Positions 50,735-61,873 of a DNA stretch of 64,000 nt are shown piece after piece. Source of the DNA: Mobula birostris (taxonomy: Eukaryota); contig NC_092383.1 in NCBI RefSeq assembly GCF_030028105.1, positions 87,935,921 through 87,999,920 on the forward strand, read 5' to 3'. How positions within the stretch are numbered: the stretch's first letter is position 1; the number at the start of each line of letters is the position of its first letter. The notes beneath the pieces are model-generated. The model did not search any database and was not told the DNA's origin. It saw nothing but the letters and a program-made list of their open reading frames with translations. The position numbers and the translations under genes were made by a program.

Positions 50735-52517
50735 GTGGGAGACAAGACTGAAAAGTTCAGTTCAGTTAAGTAGAAAGATGACCGCTTAAAAATTCCTCTC
50801 CTCTCTGAGACGCCTTTAACAAATTCAGACCATTTGCCTCGTCTACCAAAGCAACCAGTTCATACATTTGCAAAGCACTGGTTAGACAACACCTTGATAC
50901 AGATGTATAAGATGACAAGAGGAATAGATAGAGTGAACATCCAGACCCTATTACCCAGGATGACAATGACTAATACAAGAAGGCACACATTTAAGGTAAT
51001 TGGAGTAAAGTTTGGGGGGTATATCAGAGGTAGTTTTTCATACAGGGAGTGGAATGCACTGCCAGGGTGGTGGTAGAGACAAATGCATTCAGAACATTCA
51101 AGAGATTCTTAGATAGGCACATGGATGAAAGAAACTGGAGGCCTATGTGGGAGGGGAAGGGTTAGAATGGGCTTGGAGGAGGTTAAAAAGTTGGCACAAC
51201 ATTGAGATCCCAGTAGCTTATTTGCTGCATGCTGCATGTCTCTACAAAATCAATACCTCTGTCAGATGGTTGGAAGCTCCAGTAAGATGATACAAGTGTT
51301 GTGGTTATACCTAGAATGAACAAGAATGTTTTTCTTTGAAAGTGGTACAAAGGATGTAATGAAAGCAGCAAACCAGGAGCTAAATGAAGGAGTTCAAAAG
51401 CAGACGAAGCAATAGGTTCAGACATTCACACAATTTTATTTTGTTTTGTAACTCCAAGTGAAGTTTATTGTCATGTGAACAAGTACAGCGAGGTAATTTC
51501 TGTTCGCCAGGGTAGGGGAAATTAAAAGAATAGATTTAATATGAGAGGAGGGAAAGTTTAAAAGGGAACTGAAGGACATCTTCTTCTTACAGGGGGTGGT
51601 GGGTATATGGAAAAAGTTGCCAGAGGAAGCTGTAGAGACAGATGCAATTACATTTAAAAGACATTAGGACTGGTACATGAATAAGAAAGGCCGAATAGGA
51701 TATAGGCCAAATGCCGGCAAATGGGACTAATTCAGATGGACATCTTGGTTGTTGGCATGGGTTTAACATTGCAGTGCAGTAGATTAATTTGGTATTCTGT
51801 ACAGAACGCCCTGGTGTTACCTCTATTCTGGTTTCAGAAATTGCCCTTACAGACTGTGGCTCTTTCAGTTTTATGGTTTTAATATTCTGTTTTTTGTCCA
51901 TTAGTTCTCGTCGCCATTTCACGCAATATGTTAGTTTTTTTGTGGTTTTGTGGTTTAATGTTCTTGCCATCTGCATGATGTGACTTTTGTGTGGGGGAGG
52001 GTGTTTAATGTTTTTCTTTGAACAAACTCCGTGGTTAAATTTGTTTTTATGGTTATCTGAAGAAGATGGATCTGAGTTTCCAGCACGGATGAAGAGCCTC
52101 AGTTTGTAATGTTGACTCCTTCTTCCTGTCTGTCAGTACTGACTGGCTTGCTGAGGTCCTCTAGTCTAGCATGTTCTGTCTGTTGCTCTGGACTTCCAGC
52201 ATCTGCGGAACCTCTTGTATTAGTAACAAGGTAGTGTTCATGGGTTTATGAACCACCCAAAAGTCAGAAGGCAGAGGGGAAGAAACTGTTCCTAAATTTT
52301 TGAGGGTGGGTCTTCAGGATCCTCATCTTCTCCCCGACTGTGGTAAAAAGAAGAGGCCATGACCTGGATGGTGTTTACTCATTCCCCGTGGCATTTCCCC
52401 AGGCTTACTTTCTATGTTCACATAGATTTATTTTCTCTTTATAGACCTTAGAAAAGCTCTTAGGGTTCGTTTACATACTCTGTGTTGGTTTACTTACTCT
52501 CCACTGAGTTCTCACAG

Positions 52518-52734
52518 ATGCTCTCTTCTGAGTTCACTCCCCTGTCAACAGTCCACCACTAACTATATTTCTCACTTTACCATACAGGAAATCCCTGTGG
52601 CGTATGCCAGTGTGAAGCAATGCAGAGATCACATGGAAAACACGCACATCAATCTTCCTGTTCAACATTCTCCTGAAAATGCCAGAGCACAACATTACTC
52701 AGAAACTGTAGTGTATTGAGTGGTTGCTGACTAA
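52518..52734 (+). CDS. Terminal cytoplasmic exon with ITIM VAYASV and a TGA-interrupted second ITIM (VVY*VV)
   Basis: Two in-frame acceptors: TTCTCACAG|A (52518, phase 2, fits TM-B directly) and TTTACCATACAG|G (52588, phase 0). TGA 52717-52719, TAA 52732-52734, AATAAA 52755-52760. Confidence 0.72.
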
Positions 52735-52999
52735 TAATAATTAATTCAAGATCCAATAAAAACCTAGAAAACATCGCAAATACAGTTGGGTGAACGTTTC
52801 TTTGTTTTAGTGCAGCTGTTTCCCACAAGCCCTCAACCATGACAGCATTCTGTGGGGCTGTGTTGGACTGCTGCAGGAGCAAGCAGCTGGTGGCCACATT
52901 GTTCTTCATCCCTCTTTGTCCCTGAACAAGCTCAGGGGTGTTCAGCAACCACAGGCTTGATGAAACCTGTAGGCAAGACAAGGTGGCATGGAGCCCAGT

Positions 53000-53540
53000 G
53001 CTGGGGGACTGTTGAGTTGGGTGGAGGGATGGCTGGTAGTTGGTGCTTGGGGTTGGGTTGGTAGTTGCTGGGGGGTGGGGTAGTGGAATGGGCTGAGAGA
53101 ATGCTTTCAGGATAATGGAGATGACATAGTGTTGAGGAGGTGGGGCAGAGAGAAGCTCATGATGTGTTGGGAGGGAGTAGTTGGCATTGAGGAGGGGGAA
53201 AATGAATTTGCCAGGGTGCTGGGAATTGGAAGTTGGTGGTGCCTTGGGGAGGGGTAAGTTGATGGCGTTGAGGTGGAGGGAGTTGCCAAGTTGCAGGGGG
53301 GTGGGGAAAGAAAAGGCAAGTTTTTTCCTGTATTGGGAGAGGGGAGGGAAATTGGCAGTGTATTGGGAAAGGAATAGTGGAAGTTGTCAGTGTGTTGGGA
53401 GGAGGGAGTTCACAGCGTTGTGGAGGGGAGAAGGAGATTCTGTCAGTTTGTTGGTGAGAAGTATTCAGTGTATTGGTGGCGAGTTGTCAGTATGCTGGGA
53501 GGTGGCAGATAGCAGTGAGTTTGGGAAGGGGAAAGGATGC
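53000..53540. repeat. G-rich low-complexity, degenerate minisatellite
   Basis: Recurrent (C)AGTGTATTGGGA / GGGAGTT units. Confidence 0.6.
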
Positions 53541-54589
53541 ACTGGCAACACACACAAAATGAGCAGGACAGGCAGGGTCTATGGAGAGGAGCAGACAGTC
53601 AATCTTTTGGGCTAAAACTCTTCATAATACCCCAACACTCTGCTAGCGTCTCCTTTCCGATTCCCCAACACACTGCCAATTTCTCCACTCCCAGCACAAT
53701 CTCAAGTATGTTGGTTCTTAACACAAATGATGTATTTCACTCAATGTTTTAATGTACATGCAACAAATAAACTTAAATCCTGAATGTTGAAATTTGACCC
53801 AAACCATGAGCTCCAGCCTGAAGTTGAACTACAGGAAACTGATGCCTGGTTACCAGCCTAACAACAATCCCATAGACTCCCAGATAGAAAGCTTACCCGT
53901 GTACATAATAAATTAAAGGCAGAACTGCACACAGCTCGTGAAACACACAATGAACTCAAGTGTCAGGAGAGAGGAGGATATTCTCATAAGCTAGTCCTGG
54001 GACTGGCAAAGATAGCTATCCATGGGTCCTTGAGGTCTGCAGCGGAGGGCTCTGCCCAGGCTGACAGCCTGACAGTCTCCTGGGGGTACATCTGTGCCCG
54101 TGGAGAACAGTCGCTCAGTGTCCTCGGCTACCATGGAGGGGTTCTAGGATTGAATTGGGGAGCATTCCTTCTGGATGAGTGACTGCCCTGTTGAAGTTGG
54201 CTTGGAAAAAAGAGGAAGTTTGCTCTGAAGGTAAACCCGGAGTGTGTGTGAATTCTGTCCGTCTATGATTGGAGCTGCAGTCTGAGCCCACGAGAACACT
54301 GGACCTATGGAGCACCACCCACTCTAGGAGCCCATTAATGCACCACCAGGAGAACCAACAAGAATCAGACATGTTGGCGGGAAGGTGTCCAGACAACCTT
54401 AGGGACAAACAGGGACGTGTGAGAGGGTGTAGCCGTAACTATAAGACTATGGTGTGATTTGAAACTGGGGAGACAGAAGAACTAGTAGGCCAGAATCAGG
54501 AGCAAGAATCGGTAAATCTGCATTGTACAGACCTGAACCTCTCAGTGAGGAAGCTGAACAGAAGTTTCAGGATTCAAGATTCCAAATGG

Positions 54590-55030
54590 GATCACTATGC
54601 ATACTGGAAGGCCATCTTCTCACTCTAGTGGCCCTCTTAGCCCTTCTCTTTCCCTCCCTTTCCCATCATCTCCCCGAGTCGCCAGCCGCTTCCCTTAATA
54701 CGATGGTCCACTGTCATCTCCTATCAGATTACTTCTCCTTCAGCCCTTTATCTATTCTACCTATCACCCTCAAGCTTCTCACATCATATCATTCCCTTTC
54801 AACCCCACTTCCCCTTCACCTGGACTCCTCCTGCCAGTCTCTGCTCCTCCCCACACCAATTTCTTCTGGGTTCTGCTCCCTTCCTTCCAGTTCTGATGAA
54901 GGTTCTCCACCAGAAATGTCAACTGTTCATTCCCCTCCACTGACACTGCCTGGCCTCCTGAGGTCTAACTCCATTTTGTCTGTGTTGTTTAAAATTTCCA
55001 GCATCTACTGTACGTTTTCCTTGTGTCACT
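54590..55030 (+). mobile_element. Penelope-like 3' tail ending in a hammerhead-like motif (54888-54925)
   Basis: CT-rich tail, then CAGTT-CTGATGA-AGGTTCTCCACCA-GAAA-T-GTC-AACTG. Confidence 0.6.
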
Positions 55031-56221
55031 GGTAAGTCTCAAAAGACCTAACTCATTGGGTAAAATTCTGCCATTCAGTCCATCAAGTTCGCTCCACCAT
55101 TCAAACAAGTCTGATTTATTTTCCTTCCCAACCCTATTCTCTTGCCTTCCTCCTGTAACTTTTGATGGCCATACAGATCAAAAACCTATCAACCTCTGCT
55201 TTAGATATCAAGGTTCAAAGTAAATTTATTATCAAACTGCATATATGTCGACATATTTAGCCTGAGATTCACTTTCCTGTGGGCTTACTCAGCAAATCTA
55301 TATGTAACCCTCTCAATGGGGCTTGCGCACCAACTTGGATCTTTATCTAACTCTGCTAACAGCCACGTGACTCATTGATGAGGAGGCTGCCTTTCATAAG
55401 CAATATACGTCTCAGGTCAGGCTGATTTGGCATTCAACCAAACACAAATGTTGCAATCTTCCAATTAAAGAAACCTCAATTTGAGCAAAAGCTGTGTAAG
55501 TACAGCCCATACACAATTATCGGTAGCCCAGAAATAACAGATCGTACAGCAGCATGAAATTATAAAGAAAGTATATTTACCAGATGTATAGTTGCAGAAA
55601 AAATGCTAAGATAAATAAAAGGGCCCATTACAGATAAACCAGTCCAATGTACACATAAATGCTAGAGCTCATTTCAGTAGTAGTCAGGGGGTGTATTGCT
55701 TTCCTCACGTGCTGGACCATGGTTTGTGTGAAACCATTTGCCACAGTCCGAATTTCCCTCAAAGACCAATTCAAAACAAACCAAATCTCTCAGGAGTATT
55801 GGCCCTTACTCCTTCGAGCTATTCATCTGTACAAAGCACTTCTTCCAATGGGGACTCTCCTTCCGAAGGCACTTTGCAGCATCTTCCCTCCTGACCCTCT
55901 CCACAGCTCCAGCCCTAAAGGACCCCAAACCAGATTCAGAAATCTCTTCCCACACTGTTCTCTAGAACCTTCTTTACATCCCACAATCCTGATTGGCTGA
56001 CACAACAATCCTATCTTGGAAAACATGGTTCCTTGCCTTTAGCTGAAGCTAAAATGCTCTTACCAGCAGCACACACTGCTCTTTCAAAATACTGCTAAAA
56101 TAAGTTCCACTCAGCATAGCAGTAGAAATTTTAACTAGAGAATTACACTCTCCCCACCCCTCCCCCCATCACAAAAATAGTCACATTCTCATGACTTTGG
56201 AACTTATTGAACCGTTATTAA

Positions 56222-58250
56222 TGTAACCGGGTAATCGTCGGATCTTATTCAGTATTGTTAAAAGTGTACTTAGGTATCCATCCGGGTAATGCTAGAATAT
56301 TTGTCTGTGCCTTTAAGGGAGACAGAGATGTTATTACACACGCGGGGGATAATGGGGAGACCATTTTGCTTTCTGCTGAAGATGTGGTCGGATGTTGGAA
56401 TTGGGTTCCTCTGAGGCTGGGCGTAGTGAGGAAAGGTGAGCATTAATTGACAATATCCATGTGAATTCGTTTATGCTTGTTGGCAGATCAAGAATACTGG
56501 TAGTTTGACATGTTTTACATGTGGATGCTTTAGATTTTCTCGAGTAAGTGACTCAAGGCTGGATTGCGTGGCTTGGGCGAAGTTCCTCACCAGCCAAGTA
56601 GGTCAATCTCCCTGTAATTACCAGGCAATATCTTGTAAAAGTTGTGCCAAAGTGTACCTTTTGTCTAACTTTATTGAATCAGGACTGATTGTGCATGCAA
56701 CCGCGCAACGTGAATGTTTAGTCTCTGTTCGGAGATCAGCACGTGTGTACGTCTTGGATGAGATGTATTCGCTTACATTTTTTTGCTGTTATGTATAAGA
56801 TGCAGGGTGAGTGGGATTCTAATGTTGTTTGTGTTATGTTCCTTCAGGATTGCCTCTACCGTATTAGTACTGGTATTTTTATACTGCATATGCAATTCTG
56901 TCCATACACAAGGGTGTGAATCGAAAGTTAAACTGAGACTGTAATGGCAAGAACTCATTCGTTCATTTTGTTTCGCGACCCTCTTCTGGCACTTAAACAT
57001 CTAAACCAGATAAAGGAATTAAAACCCAAAAACATCTTTGTTGTCCTGAGTGTGTGCTTTTCCCCAGGCTACAAAATCTGGTACCAGGAGTGGGGTTAAT
57101 TCCAAGCCAGTTTAGAGAGTCTCCGATTGTTGTATGCAGTACAATATACAATACCTAATACAGCAGTGATGAAGACAGGACCGAGTTCCCATCGGGCGGA
57201 AGGAGAGAGCGCCTGTTGCTCGTGCAGAGCGGGGCGGGGTCTCGGGAACGGGCCGGGACGTCAGCGACTGACGTCAGGACGCAGAGCGGTGACGTGCACC
57301 CCGGGAACTGCGGGCCGTGGAGCCATCGCGTTTGCAGCGAAGGACAGCAGCAGCTCCCCTTTGCAGGCTTGTTGTGTGAACTGTAAAGGTTTGCGGTTTT
57401 ACTATGTCACACTCAGAGGACACACCAGTTGAACTTGATTTGAATGAGCAAATTACGGAATTGCGTACTAGGTTTGATGAAGCCATGGCAACCATTGATA
57501 AATTAAGCAAAAGGTCCTATGTATATGTCCCAAGAGAATGACATATTGTTCCATTTACGGGGGATGTTGAGAAAGATGGGAGGTCTGTTGATGACTTCAT
57601 TGAAGAAGTACAATGTGCACTTCATAGTAGAGATCAGTCTGACCATGATCATTATGACCTTGTTATGTCCCTGCTCAGGGGTGCAGCCTTACAGGAAGCA
57701 CGTATGCGCAGTGATGCTGGGGAAGACCGCGCTAATGACTTGTTCACCCATCTCAGGGAAGCTTTTAGAGACAAGCGTCGTACACCCCACCTCTTGCATA
57801 GCTTCTACAGTCGCAAACAGCTTGAGCGTGAAGATGTAAGAGAGTTTTCACACGCCCTAGCCCAAGCTCTTAACTTGATACTGAAGCACTTCCCCGATGC
57901 CGTGACCGATAAGAAGGTGGTGCTAAGAGATCAATTTATAGAGGGGATTAGGGATCCTTCCCTCAGAAGGGAGCTCCACAGATTCGTGCGGGGCCACCCT
58001 GAGTCCTCAATGATAGAAGTGAGAGAGGAGGCTCGTCTGTGGCTCGTAGAAGAACCCCTGGGAAATACAAGGTCTGGAAAGTCAGAAGTGTAGCAATGGC
58101 CAGGCACAGTGCTTGATTCTTAAAGCTCGGTAATCTAAGTCTGTCACACTAGATGACGTCCTTAAAGTGGTCGCAGAACAGGGCAAAGCCCTTTGTGAAT
58201 TGACTTAAGCAGTGAAAGATCTCACTGTACTGAGGGCTTTTACAGGCACT
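56222..58250 (+). mobile_element. Second Gypsy family: 5' LTR 56222-57073, perfect tRNA-Leu(TAA) PBS 57079-57096, truncated gag
   Basis: TGTAAC...GGCTACA; TGGTACCAGGAGTGGGGT; gag ORF 57665-58093 (FYSRKQLEREDVREFSHAL..LRDQFIEGIRDPSLRREL). Confidence 0.85.
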
Positions 58251-60882
58251 ACTGGGGCTGCTGAACATATTCAACCTCCGTTGGTGCTAAACAGTGAGAC
58301 CTCTCTTGGAATGGGGTGTCCTCCGTCACTATAACAGTGTGGTGAGTACACTTGGAGCAACCACCACCAAACTCATGAGTAGATAAAACAACTTTGAGCT
58401 TCAGCATTCTCTCAGATATTCTCCTTTTCCATTCCTCGGGTACTGGGAAGTCACCAAAGTTGAATGACGTTGCTGCTAACTTTCCCAAAGCAGAAGAATG
58501 TTTCTCTACTGGTTTTCTCACTGGAAAACTGGACATTTCCATTGCAGGGAAAAGATGCCTGTCATCCTGTTTGCATGGACAGCCGAAGGTCTCTGCAGTT
58601 CACGTCTCACCAGCACTCCAGCAGGTGAGCGTGACTCTTCTTCGTGATCCTCTACAGCATCCATCAGGAGAGTCTCACGTCAGGCATTCCGGGGAACTTG
58701 GGGTTTCCAGTTGCTCCAGCTAGCTCTTCAGGACATAACATGCCAGGTTTGGACTGGGTTTACGACACAGTTACTCATTCATGCTCATCATTCCGCTTAG
58801 AAGGAAATTGCACTTTATCAAAAGCAGCTCTGAACACAGGGTGAATGGACACGGTTTTCAAAAAATTCTGTCCATCTGTCTTTCTGCACGCTCCCACGAG
58901 CCTTCTCACAATTGGAGTAATTGTTCCCACAACAATGGAAACTTCCCCTTTATTAACCAGATCCTGGCAGACTGACACAGGGATATCAAAAGCTGCAGTT
59001 ACTCCAACATCTGCTTCTAAAAATTGAACTTTCAATGATAAGTAACCATCATTCAGGTAATCATCAGTACTAAGCCCCAAAATCTCAATGGAACTGAGTG
59101 GTGTCAATGGTAATTGCATCAAATACTGCTTATTGAAGGATCTCTAAAGTGATATAATTTGAGAACCAGTGTCCAGTATGGCTCTAACATAAATACTTTC
59201 GATCTATATGGATACATCAGAGCTTGATCCCACTAAATCATCAGGAACAGTGTTTTGTGCTTTAATATTTGCCTTGATACACTGATTGGAATGTATTCTC
59301 TCTGAGGTGCCAGCACATTCCTTTACTGGGTCCCTCTGTAGTTTCGTCCCTCTTTGATTAACTGCTGCTGACTTACTTTTCGAAGATTTTCCCATCACTC
59401 ACAGTCTCGCTTGAAATATCCATCTTCTCCACTGCTGTAACAGAAAAGTCCAGTTGCCTCTCCAGTCAACGGGCCTTTTCAGCAGCATTCCTCTGCTTCA
59501 CACGTCCTACAGGTTTGTCGCAACAGACGCGTCACATTTAGCTGACACATTAGCAGGCATCCATTGAGTCAGCTCAGCTTGAAGAGTTTTCACCTCATTC
59601 CTCAAAAGCTCTACCTTTGTGGCATCTGGGGCCCTTTTCACAGCAGAGGCTACCACTGAAGACACTACTCTGCTTTTGGAAATACTCCACTTCTAACCAT
59701 GTTTTCCTCCACTCTAACTTCTCTGTGTAACTCAGTAAAAGACGGAGGAGGGTTCAGATTTTGAGTTATTCAAATACATAAAGCGATCATGTCATGTGAC
59801 TGCATGCCCTCCTCAACTTGCTCCACCCTCGAGCAATCTCCTACAGGCAGTACAATGCCCCCTTTCTGGCACAAACACGGCCACAGTTTCTCCAACCGGA
59901 AAAGGTAGGCAGACAACAACTCCCCTTCCTCCTGGAAGTTCATCCTAAGATCATCTGCACTTTCAGCTGTGCCAAAAGCATCTTCCAGATCTTGCAGGGA
60001 ATTAGATGAAGTGGCTAATGGGTTTTCTGCCTTTAGGAAAATTCACTATATCACCCACCGGAACCTTTAAACTCTCTACTAATCTGAAACTAAACTATCT
60101 GAGCACTGCTATAAAACCAGTCACTGAGATCTGCTCAGCCCAAGCCTCATGGTCATCTTTCCCATGGGGTGTGGGCTTAACTCCAGAGAACATTCTAAAC
60201 CTACGATAACTTCTGCTCTCCACAAGTACACTTTGGCATTCATCAACCAGTGATGTAACAGGCAAAACCAACTCAGAGCTTAAATCAACTGCTGGAGAAC
60301 TTGATAGACTTCTCACATCAGCCAACTCCTTTCACTGACTTCACAGAGCGAGAACAACTTATCCTTAAAGTCTTCACCCTCAGCTACATTCCCACCTTCT
60401 CTAAAACTATGGACTGCCCATGGCCCCACCCCTCCAGGTGTCCCTATCCTATCGGAAAGCTCAACATCAGTCATGTCACTGGTAGCCTGGTCTATCATGA
60501 TATCCTTACCAGCTGATTGGACAAAATGCCATTCAATCAGCGTAACTTTTCCCAGTACTTTTACAGAACTCAGCACCCTCAGTAGCAGTTCATTTGGAAT
60601 TTGAATATATATGCCACTCAGAATACAAGCATTATTTATGGATAACCTCTTCAAATCGCAGCAAACCTTAATCCCCAGAACAGCCATATTAAAGTAACTT
60701 AATTACGGCACATGTCACTTCCCCCAACACCAGCTTAAACACACAAATGAACCGCTTAATCTATCCTAAAACAGCATTCACACAGTGTCCGACATCTGGG
60801 ACGAGCACCCCACAAATGTAACCCTCTCACCGGGGCTCATGCACCAACTTGGCATGTTATCTAATTCTGCTAACAGCCACAT

Positions 60883-61124
60883 TCTGATATCACATTCTTC
60901 TAACAGGCTCCCGAGTTCGAATCCAAGTCGGGCCAGCCCCCAAGCGGGCTTTCCATCCATGCCGGGTTGAACGTCAAGCTAGCCACTCGGCCTCATAAAA
61001 AAAAAAAAAAGATCGAGACAGGAACGCTCATATCGTAACCCAGTTAATGTGAAAGGAGACCAATCCTGACACCACGCGCCAGACAAGAACGGCTGACTGT
61101 CTGGTGTAACATGCTAAAAAAAAA
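60883..61124 (+). repeat. tRNA-type SINE with internal and terminal poly(A) and an 11-bp TSD
   Basis: B-box GAGTTCGAATCC; A-run ~60995-61010 and terminal A-run; AACAGCCACAT at 60872-60882 and 61125-61135; absent from the left copy (~7210). Confidence 0.75.
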
Positions 61125-61873
61125 AACAGCCACATGACTCAGCGGTGAGAAGTCTGCCTTTCGTAAGCAATATACGTCTAGGGTCTGTATGATTTGGTGT
61201 TCAACCAAACAGGACCTCTGGGATGTTCCAATTAAAGGAACATCAATTTGAATGAATGAGTGTAAATACTACTCATACCCAGAAATAACAGATCGTACAC
61301 CAGCATAAAATTATAAAGAAAGTATATTTACCAAATTTACAGTTTAAAAAAAGAAAAAGGTTCATTACAGTTAAACCAGTCCAATGTGCACATTAACATT
61401 GGAACTCATTTCTGGAGTAGTCGAGGGTGTATCACTTCACTCGCGCTGGACCAACAGGCTTCGTGAAAGCAACTGCCATCGTCCATATTTCCCTCAAAGA
61501 CCATCTCAAATGAACTGGCTCTCTTATGAGTATTGGCCTTTCCCCTTTGGAGCCATTCATCTGCGCAAAGCACTTCTTGCAACGGGGAGAATGCTTCCAA
61601 CAGCTTTCTGAGGCATCTTCCCTTCTGTGCTGCTTTGTAGTTCCCACCCTGATGGACCCCAAACAAGACTAGTGTCCTTCAGAAATCGCTTTCTGCTCAG
61701 CTCTCTAGAACCTTCACTAAATCCCGCAATCCTGATTGGTTGATACAACATTTCTAAATTGGACAACATTGCTCCTTACCTTTAGCCAAAGCCAAAACAC
61801 TTAACCAGAAGGTACACAATCTTACCAGGTTTTTAGAAAACTGCTAAAGTAAGTTACCTCAGCAGTAGAAATC

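Larger units (their letters stand above)
55305..61873 (-). mobile_element. PNMA-type Gypsy (right copy): 3' LTR 55305-56147 with PPT, internal region 58250-60816, 5' LTR 60817-61873; interrupted by another Gypsy
   Basis: PPT GGGGGGAGGGGGTGGGGAGAG abuts TGTAAT at 56147 (minus); ORFs 58775-59122, 59204-59398 and 60095-60325 parallel 3717-6426. The 3' LTR is more diverged and may come from a different copy. Confidence 0.8.

Noticed and set aside
51266-51281. 16-nt micro-exon (RWLEAP, phase 2 to 0, donor GTAAGA) that could link TM-B to the 52588 acceptor
   Set aside because: Possible but not needed, since the 52518 acceptor fits directly; too short to support without reads.
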